The notes under the pieces are model-generated. The model made no database searches and was not told the DNA's origin. It worked only from the letters and a program-made list of their open reading frames with translations. Of a stretch of DNA of 59,659 nucleotides, positions 1 through 10,225 are shown piece after piece. The position numbers and the translations under genes were made by a program. The DNA is from Chitinophagales bacterium. GTDB lineage: Bacteria; Bacteroidota; Bacteroidia; Chitinophagales; LD1. The DNA is taken from positions 1 to 59,659 of the forward strand of contig JANWXI010000003.1 in NCBI GenBank assembly GCA_025057415.1, read 5' to 3'. Every line of letters starts with the position of its first letter. Positions within the stretch are counted from its first letter, which is position 1.

Positions 1-116
1 GAAAGCCCGCAGCCCGCGCCCGCGCCTTAAGCGCGGGCGCGGCGAGGACTTGGAGCGGGTCAGCCCGACCCCGCTGCTGCGCGTAGCCCCGCGAAGCGCA
101 GCAGCGGGGGCACCCC
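1..116 (-). repeat. Structured dispersed repeat, copy 1 (cut by window edge); Flavo-1-like ncRNA candidate
   Basis: Minus strand reads GGGGTGCCCCCGCTGCTGCGC-loop-GCGCAGCAGCGGGG-TCGGGCT, then hairpin CCGCGCCCGCGC/GCGCGGGCGCGG. It shares anchors with the copies at 2990, 16915, 39925 and 42285. Confidence 0.85.
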
Positions 117-234
117 ATAACAATAAAATTTGCTGGTATTACCTTTAATAAGTCAGTACACCAACAGACGTTTACGTGCTGTTAATCGCGAATCTATTCT
201 GGGGTTGTGGCAGGTTTATCATCGCCAATCGCAT

Positions 235-242
235 TACCTTTG
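235..242 (+). promoter_or_regulatory. Bacteroidota -7 promoter element (TACCTTTG)
   Basis: Matches TAnnTTTG and lies 5 nt before the in-frame GTG at 248. Confidence 0.6.
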
Positions 243-247
243 CGCCC

Positions 248-1294
248 GTGAAAGACATCCGCCGGCTTAGCTTTACAGAATTACAAACAGCTCTGAGCGG
301 GATGGGCGAGCCGCCCTTTCGCGCCAATCAGGTGTACGAGTGGCTGTGGAAAAAGGGCGCGCGCTCCTTCGATGAAATGAGCAACCTGAGTAAATCGCTC
401 CGCCACAGATTGCGCAGCGAATTCGTTATTCTGCCGGTACAGGAAAACCTGGTGCAGCGCAGCCAGGACGGTACCATAAAACTTGGCATGCGCCTGCACG
501 ATGGTCGTTTGATTGAAGGTGTGATGATCCCTGAAGCAACCCGCAACACAGCATGCGTATCCTCACAGGTAGGTTGCTCGCTCTCATGCACTTTCTGCGC
601 CACAGGCATGCTAAAGCGCGAGCGCAATCTGGAGCCGGCAGAAATTTATGACCAGGTTACACTGCTCAACAAACACGCTCTGGCAACTACGGGCCGACCG
701 CTCACCAATATTGTGTATATGGGCATGGGTGAGCCGCTTCTCAATTATGATAATGTAATGGAGAGCATTCGCCTCATTACCTCTCCGCAGGGGCTGGGCA
801 TGGCGCCCAAGCGCATCACGGTTTCTACCTCAGGCATCGCTCGCACCATCCGCCGCATGGCCGATGAAGGAGTAGCAATTAACCTCGCCCTCTCACTCCA
901 TGCCGCTAATGATGCCAAACGCACCGCTATCATGGACATCAACCGCAGCAACCCGATTGATGAAGTGATGAGCGCTCTGGCGTACTTCTACGAAAAAACC
1001 GGCAGCAAAATCACCTTCGAATACATCCTGCTCAACAACTTTAACGACAGCCCTCAGGATGCTGAAGCGCTCGCGAGTTTGTGCCGACGCTTTCCGGTGT
1101 TTGTCAATATCATTGAGTTCAACCCCGTGGAAGGGATACCCTTCAAAAAAACCACCCGCGAAAAACGCGAGGCGTTTGTCAACACACTGCGCCGCAAAAA
1201 CATCCCCGTAGCCGTGCGCAGAAGCCGCGGCAAAGACATAGACGCCGCCTGCGGTCAGCTCGCCAATAAAAACAGAAACGCTTCCATCAACTAA
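248..1294 (+). CDS. rlmN: 23S rRNA (adenine2503-C2)-methyltransferase RlmN
   Basis: Radical SAM motif CSLSCTFC, plus MGMGEP and C-terminal RGKDIDAACGQL. Start moved from 176 to GTG 248. Confidence 0.95.
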   Translation: MKDIRRLSFTELQTALSGMGEPPFRANQVYEWLWKKGARSFDEMSNLSKSLRHRLRSEFVILPVQENLVQRSQDGTIKLGMRLHDGRLIEGVMIPEATRNTACVSSQVGCSLSCTFCATGMLKRERNLEPAEIYDQVTLLNKHALATTGRPLTNIVYMGMGEPLLNYDNVMESIRLITSPQGLGMAPKRITVSTSGIARTIRRMADEGVAINLALSLHAANDAKRTAIMDINRSNPIDEVMSALAYFYEKTGSKITFEYILLNNFNDSPQDAEALASLCRRFPVFVNIIEFNPVEGIPFKKTTREKREAFVNTLRRKNIPVAVRRSRGKDIDAACGQLANKNRNASIN

Positions 1295-1314
1295 CGAACG
1301 TTCGTTAGTTGATG
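1285..1314. repeat. Perfect 30-bp palindrome between convergent genes
   Basis: CATCAACTAACGAACGTTCGTTAGTTGATG equals its own reverse complement and overlaps the rlmN stop codon. Confidence 0.85.
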
Positions 1315-1336
1315 AATATGCTAGCATCGCACCCCT

Positions 1337-2875
1337 TCAAAAATCAAATTTTATTCCCTGCGCCAGCGGCAAATCGGTGCCAAAATTGATGGTATTGGTT
1401 TGGCGGCGCATGTACGCTTTCCAGCTATCGCTGCCGCTCTCGCGGCCACCGCCGGTTTCTTTTTCTCCGCCAAAAGCCCCGCCTATCTCTGCGCCCGAAG
1501 TACCGATGTTAACGTTGGCTATCCCACAATCGCTGCCGTTGCACGAAAGAAACTGCTCTGACTCGCGCAGGTGAGTGGTCATAATAGCTGAACTAAGCCC
1601 CTGCACCACTCCGTTTTGCATGGCTATCGCTTCATCTAAGGTCTTGTAAGGCATAATGTACAATATGGGGGCAAAGGTCTCCTCCTGTACGATGGGCATT
1701 TCGTGGCTTGCCTCAATGATGCAGGGTTTCACATAACAGCCGCTTGCATATTCTTTGCCTTTGAGTGTTCCACCGGCTACCCAAACTTTTCCGCCTTGCG
1801 CAATGGCGGCTTGTATGGCGTTTTCATACGCTGCTACTGCGGCGCGGTCAATGAGCGGCCCTACGTGATTTTTTGCATCAAGCGGGTTGCCGATGCGCAG
1901 TTGGGCGTATGCCTTTTTAAGCCGCATCTTCACCTCTTCGTAAATACTCTCGTGTATGATGAGCCGGCGGGTGGTGGTGCAGCGCTGGCCGGCGGTACCC
2001 ACAGCCCCGAATACGATTGCCCGCATAGCCATGTCTAAATCTGCATGCTGGGTTACAATGATGGCGTTGTTGCCGCCAAGTTCCAGCAAACTGCGCCCCA
2101 GGCGCGCGCCTACGGCAGCGCCCACGGCTTTGCCCATGCGAATACTGCCCGTAGCGCTTACCAGCGGCACACGCCTGTCGTGGCTCAGCCATTCGCCCAC
2201 GCGGTAATCTCCGTTAATAACACAAGAAATACCTTCGGGCAATCTGTGGCGCTTAAGCACCTTCGTCACAATGTTTTGGCAAGCCACCGAACACAGCGGT
2301 GTCTTTTCTGAAGGTTTCCATACACACACATCTCCGCACACCCACGCAATCATGCTGTTCCAGCTCCACACTGCCACCGGAAAATTAAACGCAGTGATAA
2401 TGCCCACCACCCCGAGCGGATGCCATTGCTCGTACATGCGGTGGTTCGGCCGCTCGCTGTGCATCGTAAGGCCGTACAACTGCCGCGAAAGCCCCACGGC
2501 AAAATCCGCAACGTCTATCATCTCCTGTACCTCGCCAAGTCCTTCCTGTAAACTTTTCCCCATCTCATAACTCACCAACATGCCCAGGTATTGCTTACAC
2601 GCCCGCAACTCCTCGCCTATCTGGCGGATAACTTCACCGCGCTTGGGTGCAGGAATGTTGCGCCATACTACAAAGGCGCGTTGTGCGGTCTCTATTACCT
2701 GCTCATATTGTTTGAGGGTGGTAGCCGTTACACTGCCGATTTTCTTACCATCAACCGGTGAGTAACTCTCTATCGTTTCGCCCTGCGGCTTTAGCCACTT
2801 TTCCCCGGTGCTGACCCCGCTGCCCGATGTGGCAACGCCTAGTTTCTCCAATACAACTTGTATGCGCTTTTCCAT
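1337..2875 (-). CDS. Aldehyde dehydrogenase family 7 (antiquitin / piperideine-6-carboxylate dehydrogenase-like)
   Basis: Motifs [30 protein letters not shown] and [18 protein letters not shown]. Likely start MEKRIQ at 2875. Confidence 0.92.
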   Translation of the reverse strand: MEKRIQVVLEKLGVATSGSGVSTGEKWLKPQGETIESYSPVDGKKIGSVTATTLKQYEQVIETAQRAFVVWRNIPAPKRGEVIRQIGEELRACKQYLGMLVSYEMGKSLQEGLGEVQEMIDVADFAVGLSRQLYGLTMHSERPNHRMYEQWHPLGVVGIITAFNFPVAVWSWNSMIAWVCGDVCVWKPSEKTPLCSVACQNIVTKVLKRHRLPEGISCVINGDYRVGEWLSHDRRVPLVSATGSIRMGKAVGAAVGARLGRSLLELGGNNAIIVTQHADLDMAMRAIVFGAVGTAGQRCTTTRRLIIHESIYEEVKMRLKKAYAQLRIGNPLDAKNHVGPLIDRAAVAAYENAIQAAIAQGGKVWVAGGTLKGKEYASGCYVKPCIIEASHEMPIVQEETFAPILYIMPYKTLDEAIAMQNGVVQGLSSAIMTTHLRESEQFLSCNGSDCGIANVNIGTSGAEIGGAFGGEKETGGGRESGSDSWKAYMRRQTNTINFGTDLPLAQGIKFDF

Positions 2876-2989
2876 AGCAGCGCAAAGGAATAAAATTTCG
2901 CACTCGCTGCGCAGGTTGCAACCGGATAACCAACTATATGCATTCTTATACAACTGGTAACTACTGAAATTTGCGATGTTTAGCTGTTT

Positions 2990-3152
2990 GGGGGTGCCCC
3001 CGCTGCTCCGCTCCGCACGGCTGCGCTTCGCAGCGGGGTCGGGCTTGCTACGGGGTACGCTGTCGCTCCCGCCGCGCCCGCGATTCGTTTATTTTTTATT
3101 GGTGCGGGCGCGGCCGCTTCGCTGCGCTCGCGCCCTCCGCATCCCTCACCCG
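2990..3152 (+). repeat. Structured dispersed repeat, copy 2
   Basis: GGGGGTGCCCCCGCTGC...GCAGCGGGGTCGGGCT...GCCGCGCCCGC/GCGGGCGCGGC...CATCCCTCACCCG; near reverse complement of 42285-42445. Confidence 0.9.
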
Positions 3153-3262
3153 TTTTATTGACCCCAATCTGTGTCAGCCAATACTTCAGGGTAAAAATCC
3201 CTGCTGCAGCTCTTGATTTATCGGTTTTGACGATACTATATTTGTGTTCAAAAGCATGGTCT

Positions 3263-5614
3263 ATGAGTATAAAGGTCCCTTGCCTATTCACTGCAGCCCT
3301 TTTCAATGTAACGTCCCTTTTCGCTAACCATGCAATATTCTCCAAACAGGAACCATTTTTCGTTGAAAACAAGGGGCAATGGCACACTGACGTCTTATAC
3401 CGGTGCCGCATGAAAGGAATAGACGTATGGATCACCAGGCAAGGTATGAATATTACCTTGTACCGCCCTGGTGAAACTCCGCAAAAACGCGATTTACTGT
3501 CCGCCTATAAGTCACACTTTAGTGAAACACCCCTTACCATCCACCGTATTTCCATGCAATTGCAAGGTGTACAAAACCAGATTACCCATGAGGGTCACCA
3601 ACGTTTGCCGGGGGTACATCATTACCTTTTGCGCAATGACCCGGCAAAACATTACAAACATGTGCCCCTCTACAAAGAAGTATACCTGTACGAAATATAC
3701 CCAGGCATAGACATGCGGTATTATTTTTCTGAAAATCGCCTCCGTTTTGATTTCGTTGTTCACCCCGGTGCCAACCCGTCTCAAATAGCTTTTAAAATAG
3801 CCGGAACTTACGCAATGCATACGAACGAAAGAGGCGATATAGTATTGGCCACCAGCCTAGGTGAATTACTCATTGCCGATTTACATTTTTATCAAAGCAA
3901 TAAACAAAAAATACGAGGCACATACTCGCGTCAAGGTGAATTATGGAAACCGGTTATTCCCGACTACGACAACAAAAAGCCCCTGATTATAGACCCTATG
4001 GTAGTAGCCACTTTTCTGGGAGGCACCAGTACAGAGGAGATTTACGACATGGTACAGGATAATCAGCAGTTCGTATATGTGGCAGGCGCCACACTTTCGG
4101 TTGATTACGACACAACGGTAGGCGCCTTGCAAACTTCCAACAAAGGATTTTACGATGCTGTGGTGAGCAAACTGAACCCCAACTTAAACAAACTCATCTT
4201 CTCCACTTATGTTGGAGGAGGCGATGCTGACCGCGCCTGGAGCACAGCAGTCGATAACAATTATAACATTTACCTTACGGGCCATACCGGCTCTATTGAT
4301 TTCTATACCACGCCCAATTGTATTCAACCCCAAAAACAAGGCCCTGATGATGCTTTTGTGTGTAAGTTGAATTCGGATGGCAGCGCTTATGTGTATTCTA
4401 CTTTTCTGGGCGGTTCATCCTCCGAGCATGGCGAAAGCATCGCGGTTGATAACAACGGGTATGCATATATTGCCGGCAACACAAATTCAGCAAACTTTGA
4501 TATCACTCCCAATACATTTCAAACCTCTCTTGCCGGTGACGAGGATGTGTTTGTTACAAAAATTGATACAAATGCTCAGTCCATTATTTTTTCCACCTAT
4601 ATCGGGGGCATACAGTCCGACTACCCCCGCGACATGGTTATTGATCACCACGGATACGTGTATCTGACCGGCAATACCTCCAGTGATTATGACGTAACGA
4701 ATGGAGCGCTTCAGCCATCGCCCGCCGGTTCTACCGAGGCCTTTATCACCAAATTAGATGCTGATGGCAGTAAGTTAATTTTCTCTACTTACTACGGAGG
4801 TCAGGAGCAAGATGTGCCCACAGCAATAAAATTAGGTCCGAACGGGAACATATATCTCGTTGGTTATACCACGTCTAACAATTTACAGACCACTCCTAAC
4901 GCATACCAGAAACAAAAGGCAGGCGCTGCTATGTCAAACGACATTTTTATTGCCTGTTTTAATCCAACTTTCACCACCCCGATCTATGTGACTTATTTAG
5001 GAGGTTTTGGAAACGATTATGCACACGATTTATGGGTTGACACCACAGGACAGGCCTTCATTACCGGCTACACGCTCAGCACCGATTTTCCTACAGCAGG
5101 CAATGCAATCGATACGCTATACAAAGGAGCCGGCGATGTAATTTTTTCCTCACTAAGTGCTGATGGTTCTTCATTATCATACTCAACCTTTTTAGGGGGA
5201 ACAGACAGCGAGAGCGGCGAGGCAATCAGTTCAAACAACGCCGGCAGTTTCTACATCGCTGGCAATGTAATGTCAACATCTTTCTATACACAACCCGGCG
5301 TCTACCAACCCACCCTCGATGGTCATTCCGATGGTTTTGTATGCAAGATACAGATGTCGGGTATCCCTGTGTCTGCAAAAGATCTCAGTCATCAGCACCT
5401 CGTGCTGAAATTATATCCCACCGTAAGTGATGGCGAGTTGTGGATTGAAAACCCTACTGAGCAAGACCTCACACTTGCCTTGTACAATACTTCGGGGGTA
5501 ATGCTACAATATCTTGAACTGAAACCAGGTCTCCAACAAATTTCATTAAACTTACCCGCTGGAATTTATTTGCTGAAATCCGAAAATTTTTTCAGCCGCT
5601 TCATTATTCACTAA
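3263..5614 (+). CDS. SBBP (beta-propeller) repeat protein with probable T9SS type A C-terminal sorting domain
   Basis: Signal peptide, FVENKGQW N-terminal domain, repeated (F/Y)STYxGG...YLTGxTxSxDF units, C-terminal LYP...LPAGIYLLK. TATATTTG lies at 3237-3244 before ATG 3263. Confidence 0.85.
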   Translation: MSIKVPCLFTAALFNVTSLFANHAIFSKQEPFFVENKGQWHTDVLYRCRMKGIDVWITRQGMNITLYRPGETPQKRDLLSAYKSHFSETPLTIHRISMQLQGVQNQITHEGHQRLPGVHHYLLRNDPAKHYKHVPLYKEVYLYEIYPGIDMRYYFSENRLRFDFVVHPGANPSQIAFKIAGTYAMHTNERGDIVLATSLGELLIADLHFYQSNKQKIRGTYSRQGELWKPVIPDYDNKKPLIIDPMVVATFLGGTSTEEIYDMVQDNQQFVYVAGATLSVDYDTTVGALQTSNKGFYDAVVSKLNPNLNKLIFSTYVGGGDADRAWSTAVDNNYNIYLTGHTGSIDFYTTPNCIQPQKQGPDDAFVCKLNSDGSAYVYSTFLGGSSSEHGESIAVDNNGYAYIAGNTNSANFDITPNTFQTSLAGDEDVFVTKIDTNAQSIIFSTYIGGIQSDYPRDMVIDHHGYVYLTGNTSSDYDVTNGALQPSPAGSTEAFITKLDADGSKLIFSTYYGGQEQDVPTAIKLGPNGNIYLVGYTTSNNLQTTPNAYQKQKAGAAMSNDIFIACFNPTFTTPIYVTYLGGFGNDYAHDLWVDTTGQAFITGYTLSTDFPTAGNAIDTLYKGAGDVIFSSLSADGSSLSYSTFLGGTDSESGEAISSNNAGSFYIAGNVMSTSFYTQPGVYQPTLDGHSDGFVCKIQMSGIPVSAKDLSHQHLVLKLYPTVSDGELWIENPTEQDLTLALYNTSGVMLQYLELKPGLQQISLNLPAGIYLLKSENFFSRFIIH

Positions 5615-5794
5615 TTTGAAGACAGGTATTCGTGTTGGTAGTGGTATCTGTGCTTAACTACAAAATACCACACAGACAATTTCTATACAAAAACGAGGCA
5701 CAATAATCATCACACTTTCTGCGGCTGCAGGCATTTGCCGCACTTCATATTGAAAATGAAGAAAAGTTAGGATATTTGCCGCTCAATTGTTATT

Positions 5795-6376
5795 ATGTTA
5801 AACATCGTCTTGTTTGGGCCGCCCGGGAGTGGCAAAGGCACACAAGCCGCCAAACTGGTAGAGAAGTACGGCCTCGTACACCTATCTACAGGTGATATTT
5901 TCAGAGCCAACATCAAAAACGAAACCGAACTCGGCAAATTAGCTAAAAGTTACATTGACAAAGGATTGCTGGTACCAGACGAAGTCACCATTCATATTTT
6001 ACAAAGCGAAGCCGATAAATACACGGGTGTAAACGGATTTATCTTTGATGGTTTTCCGCGTACTATCCAACAGGCAGAGGCGCTCGATGCATACTTAGCC
6101 GCGCGGAACACTTCGGTAACAATGATGCTATCGCTGGAAGTGGACGAGGAAGAACTGAAAAGGCGACTGCTGCTGCGCGGCAAAGAATCAGGCCGTGCCG
6201 ATGACCAGAACCCTGCCATCATTGAGCAACGCATTGCCGTGTATCACCGCGACACCGCCCCTGCCAAAGAATATTACACCCGCCAGGGTAAATATCGCGC
6301 GGTAAACGGCGTAGGCGCCATTGACCACATCTTCGCGCTGCTCTGTGCCGAAATTGACACGGCTTCTGCAAAATAA
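5795..6376 (+). CDS. adk: Adenylate kinase (short-LID type)
   Basis: GPPGSGKGTQA, HLSTGDIFR, FDGFPRT. Confidence 0.95.
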   Translation: MLNIVLFGPPGSGKGTQAAKLVEKYGLVHLSTGDIFRANIKNETELGKLAKSYIDKGLLVPDEVTIHILQSEADKYTGVNGFIFDGFPRTIQQAEALDAYLAARNTSVTMMLSLEVDEEELKRRLLLRGKESGRADDQNPAIIEQRIAVYHRDTAPAKEYYTRQGKYRAVNGVGAIDHIFALLCAEIDTASAK

Positions 6377-6407
6377 TATATTGTAAATTTTTTTGATGCC
6401 TTAGCCG

Positions 6408-7433
6408 GTGGCTAACGAAAATTTTATTGATTACGTCAAAATTTACTGCAAAAGCGGAAAAGGCGGCGCGGGGGCATCGCATTTTCATCGCGAAAAATAT
6501 GTGCCGAAAGGCGGACCCGATGGCGGTGACGGAGGCCGCGGAGGACACATCATCCTGCGCGGCAACGCACAACTTTGGACACTGCTTCACCTCCGCTACC
6601 GAAAACACATCATTGCAGAAGATGGCGCGCCGGGGCAAAGCAACCTGTGTGCCGGCCGCAGCGGCAAGGATGAAATTATCGAAGTGCCGCTGGGAACCAT
6701 AGCCCGCGATGCTACTACCGGTGAAATAGAAGCGGAAATCACCGAAGACGGTCAGGAAATTATCTGGCTGCCGGGCGGCAAAGGCGGGCTGGGCAATTAC
6801 CACTTTAAATCGCCTACAAACCAGGCGCCTACATACGCTCAGCCGGGGTTGCCGGGTGTAGAAGGATGGAAAATACTTGAGTTAAAACTCTTGGCCGATG
6901 TAGGACTGGTGGGCTTTCCCAATGCAGGCAAATCAACCCTCATCGCATCGCTGAGCAATGCCCGCCCCGAAATTGCCGATTACCCTTTCACTACGCTTGT
7001 GCCCAACCTCGGTCTGGTACGCTATAAAGACAATCGTTCATTTGTAATGGCAGATATACCGGGCATCATCGAAGGCGCTGCCGAGGGTCGGGGGCTGGGC
7101 TTACGCTTTCTGCGCCATATTGAACGCAACGCGGTATTGCTTTTTCTGGTGCCTGCCGATGCCGATGATATTGTAAAACAATACCTGATTTTGTTGGGAG
7201 AACTGCGCAGGTACAATCCGGAGTTGCTGACCAAACATCGCCTACTGGCAATTACCAAATGCGACCTTGCCGATGAGGAACTGCGCCGCCTTATTGAAAA
7301 GGATGTAAAAAAGCAACTTCGCGAAAAAGGCGAAAACGTACCGCTCCTACTTATTTCGGCTGTGGCTAACTACAATCTGGAAAAACTTAAAGACGAACTG
7401 ATGCGCTTACTGGATGTATCTGCCCGCTCGTAA
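6408..7433 (+). CDS. obgE: GTPase ObgE/CgtA
   Basis: Gly-rich Obg domain [12 protein letters not shown], then [18 protein letters not shown] and TKCD. Confidence 0.95.
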   Translation: MANENFIDYVKIYCKSGKGGAGASHFHREKYVPKGGPDGGDGGRGGHIILRGNAQLWTLLHLRYRKHIIAEDGAPGQSNLCAGRSGKDEIIEVPLGTIARDATTGEIEAEITEDGQEIIWLPGGKGGLGNYHFKSPTNQAPTYAQPGLPGVEGWKILELKLLADVGLVGFPNAGKSTLIASLSNARPEIADYPFTTLVPNLGLVRYKDNRSFVMADIPGIIEGAAEGRGLGLRFLRHIERNAVLLFLVPADADDIVKQYLILLGELRRYNPELLTKHRLLAITKCDLADEELRRLIEKDVKKQLREKGENVPLLLISAVANYNLEKLKDELMRLLDVSARS

Positions 7434-7468
7434 ATTCAGCCCTGTATGCGGCAGCTCAAATAATGTAA

Positions 7469-7966
7469 TCACCATTTAACTAAAGCATCCTGAAAAATAT
7501 CATCCACAAGCTGGCGGTTGATTTCGTCCAGCAGGCGACTTTCTATCTGTGGAATGTTCTCCCCGGCAGGGAACTGTACAAACCGCGTGTATGCTTTGTT
7601 GAAATTATCCTTTTCGTTCTTTGTGTTGATGAATTCCACCTGCACTCTTACGGTTAATTTGTTCAATCCGCTTGTGGCGCCGGCTACGGGGGCTTCGCTG
7701 GTGTACGAAAATTCAGTTATCGTTCCTTTAAACTGCAAGTCACCATCGCGGGCAACCATTCGCAGGTTGGCTTCGGTTTGGAATTTGAGTTTCAGACGAT
7801 CGGTAAATTGCTGCGGATATATGGCGGGTCCGTTATTGGCGGTAATCTGAAACAGCTCTACGGAAAATGTTTTTATATCCGGAGGAATATTGGCTCCGGT
7901 AAAGGAATAAACTTTGCAGGAGTGAAGCGATACTAATACTAAACCGAAGGCAAACAAAAAGTACAT
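7469..7966 (-). CDS. lptE: LptE family lipoprotein
   Basis: Lipobox LHSC followed by YSFTGANI, typical of Bacteroidota LptE; ends ...LVKW. Start uncertain, as ATG 8074 is also open. Confidence 0.75.
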   Translation of the reverse strand: MYFLFAFGLVLVSLHSCKVYSFTGANIPPDIKTFSVELFQITANNGPAIYPQQFTDRLKLKFQTEANLRMVARDGDLQFKGTITEFSYTSEAPVAGATSGLNKLTVRVQVEFINTKNEKDNFNKAYTRFVQFPAGENIPQIESRLLDEINRQLVDDIFQDALVKW

Positions 7967-8073
7967 GCCCCGGATTAACCATCCGGTGTTTTTCCGGCAA
8001 CAGATGATGTTCCGAAATTCTCTCAAAGTGCCACAAAATAATCGCAATATGTATTCCGTACCGGCAAAACGCA

Positions 8074-10125
8074 TCAGTATTTAATTATTTTGTGAACTTC
8101 CGTGCCACGCATTTTTGTCAAATGCAAAAAGTAAATGCCCGAGGGCAGGTGCGACCAGTTGAGCGAGGTTTCATCTCTCACAACTCCTTCATCAGCCAAG
8201 GCCCCCGTATGGTTTATGAGCCGGTATGAGGCATCCGCATACACACCATACAAGGTCACAAACCCATCGGTTGGGTTAGGTATCACATCGGTGCTTGTAT
8301 CATAATATGTATCTTTTACATCGGTGTATGCTTCCTCATTCAAAAAAATGTTGTCCAGCAAAAGGGCGTTGCCGTAGTAATTGGTGTACTCTATTCGAAA
8401 CATAAAGCGGTTGACTGCCTGCTGTGCGTTCAGTTGAAAGGAGTACATTTTCCACTCGGTACTATCGGCAGGCACCCACTGCAGATTTGTTTGCGGTGTA
8501 TTGACGGTGCGCAGGTTAGCGCCGGTGCGTTTACCTTTGCTCAGCCAGGTTTTACCGCAATCGGTGCTGATGAATACTTCCAGAGCATCGTCAATGTTGA
8601 GTTTCTTTTGGCTGCAGGCGTATCGAAAACTAAACGTGGGCATGCCTGCGGCTGTCAGGTTTATGGCGGGAGAAAAGAGCGTAACGCGACCCGTAAAAGT
8701 TGCCGAAGTATCGGGCAAGCGCAGTACAGCCGCCCGATTACTCTGGAAGCCCTCACCCGGCTGACTCAACGTGTATTGCAGGTTTGGGTTGTCTGAGCGT
8801 ATGCTCAAAGGCGTTTGCGCAAAGTCATTAACCATTTCAAATGTTTCTACGAAAAACGGATTTACGTCATCGCCATACACACGGATTTTTTGGGTAGCGC
8901 TTGTCAGCGAGCCGTAGGCATTACCGGCTGTGAGCGTAACGTTGTACTCGCCCGGGGCATCATATACATGCACGGGATTTTGTTGAGAAGAGGTGGTTCC
9001 GTCTCCGAAATTCCACTGCCAGCTTGTAGCAGGACCTATGCTTTTATCATGGAAGCGCACTGAATCGAAGGCGCAAACCACTGTGCGGTCCGATACAAAA
9101 TCTGCCTTACATACCTGCGTTAATTCAACCCCCGTAGCGGCTAAGTTGGCGGGTGTAATTAAGTTATTACGATTTGCCACCGGTGAGTTTAATGCAGCGC
9201 GCATGCGCTGGCGCTGCCCTTTCGTAAACATAAAATTACAGTAGCTGTAGTCCATTACGTTTTGTATATTGTCCACCGGGTTGCCGCAGGATGCGTTGTT
9301 GAGATTACAGTTGCTCCAGCCGATGGTTTCGGGGGTATCTTGTACCTGGTCGCCAATGGTGCAGTTGACGGGCTGGCCCACGGGCTGGTAATAGTAACCG
9401 GGCACATTATTGCCGCCCCAGATGTGAAAGAGGTTGAGATAGTGACCGGCCTCGTGAGCCATTACTACAGAAGTAAGCTCCGATGAGGTACCGATATTGC
9501 CGAGGTAGTTGTCGTCAATCACAATGCCATCCCACTCGGGTTTGGCATCGGCCTGGTCGGGCATCAGGCAGTGGCCTGCCAGGTTGGGAATGCTCCGCAC
9601 AACATACACATTGAGGTAACGGGAAGGGTCCCAGTGGATGAGACTTTTTACGCTGTGGTCGCCTGTTTTGGTGAGCGGAGAGGCAATGCGGTTTATGCCG
9701 GAGGTACAGTTGCCATCGGGGTCTTTATGGGCTAATTTGAATACAATGTCGCAGTTGGCGGCAATGGGTTTGAAAGCAGTAACAATGTTACCGGTATCAG
9801 GGTGTTGCAGGGCAAAGTTGCGGTTCAGCACGTAAAGTCCGCTCATAATTTGCTCATCGCTAACGTTTTCGGTACCATACATGTGTATAACGTGGAATAC
9901 CACCGGTATAACGTAAAGCGAATCATTTGCTCCGCGCAGGGAAGATGACGCAATGTACTCCTGTGTAAATTTTTCGAGGTATGCGCGGTTTTGCTCCATC
10001 AGGGATTGCAGGTGGGGATGCTCCAGGTAAATACGGTATGCGTATTCATCGGTACCGCACATCTGTATTTGCGCAGCACCCGCAGTGACAATGTGAACAA
10101 GAAAAAGCGAAAAGATAAATCTCAC
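8074..10125 (-). CDS. M43 (pappalysin/ulilysin-like) zinc metalloprotease with PKD domain and T9SS type A CTD
   Basis: Cys-switch CGTD, IPVVFHVIH, HEAGHYLNLFH, Met-turn NVMDYS, PKD WNFGDG, C-terminal IPNP...LPSGIYFL...KIIK. Likely GTG start at 10125. Confidence 0.9.
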   Translation of the reverse strand: MRFIFSLFLVHIVTAGAAQIQMCGTDEYAYRIYLEHPHLQSLMEQNRAYLEKFTQEYIASSSLRGANDSLYVIPVVFHVIHMYGTENVSDEQIMSGLYVLNRNFALQHPDTGNIVTAFKPIAANCDIVFKLAHKDPDGNCTSGINRIASPLTKTGDHSVKSLIHWDPSRYLNVYVVRSIPNLAGHCLMPDQADAKPEWDGIVIDDNYLGNIGTSSELTSVVMAHEAGHYLNLFHIWGGNNVPGYYYQPVGQPVNCTIGDQVQDTPETIGWSNCNLNNASCGNPVDNIQNVMDYSYCNFMFTKGQRQRMRAALNSPVANRNNLITPANLAATGVELTQVCKADFVSDRTVVCAFDSVRFHDKSIGPATSWQWNFGDGTTSSQQNPVHVYDAPGEYNVTLTAGNAYGSLTSATQKIRVYGDDVNPFFVETFEMVNDFAQTPLSIRSDNPNLQYTLSQPGEGFQSNRAAVLRLPDTSATFTGRVTLFSPAINLTAAGMPTFSFRYACSQKKLNIDDALEVFISTDCGKTWLSKGKRTGANLRTVNTPQTNLQWVPADSTEWKMYSFQLNAQQAVNRFMFRIEYTNYYGNALLLDNIFLNEEAYTDVKDTYYDTSTDVIPNPTDGFVTLYGVYADASYRLINHTGALADEGVVRDETSLNWSHLPSGIYFLHLTKMRGTEVHKIIKY

Positions 10126-10225
10126 AATGTGTATTCGCGAGGTAAAGGTAAGCAAACAAACTGTACCTGTAAATATGCCCGAATAAACCGATGCTTTAAT
10201 TGACGCATATTTACAACTTTCAGTA

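Noticed and set aside
2971-3435. Short ORFs over the GC-rich repeats (also 16747-17141, 39701-40260, 42144-42449)
   Set aside because: They are stop-poor shadows of the repeat family, open in several frames on both strands, with no protein-like features.
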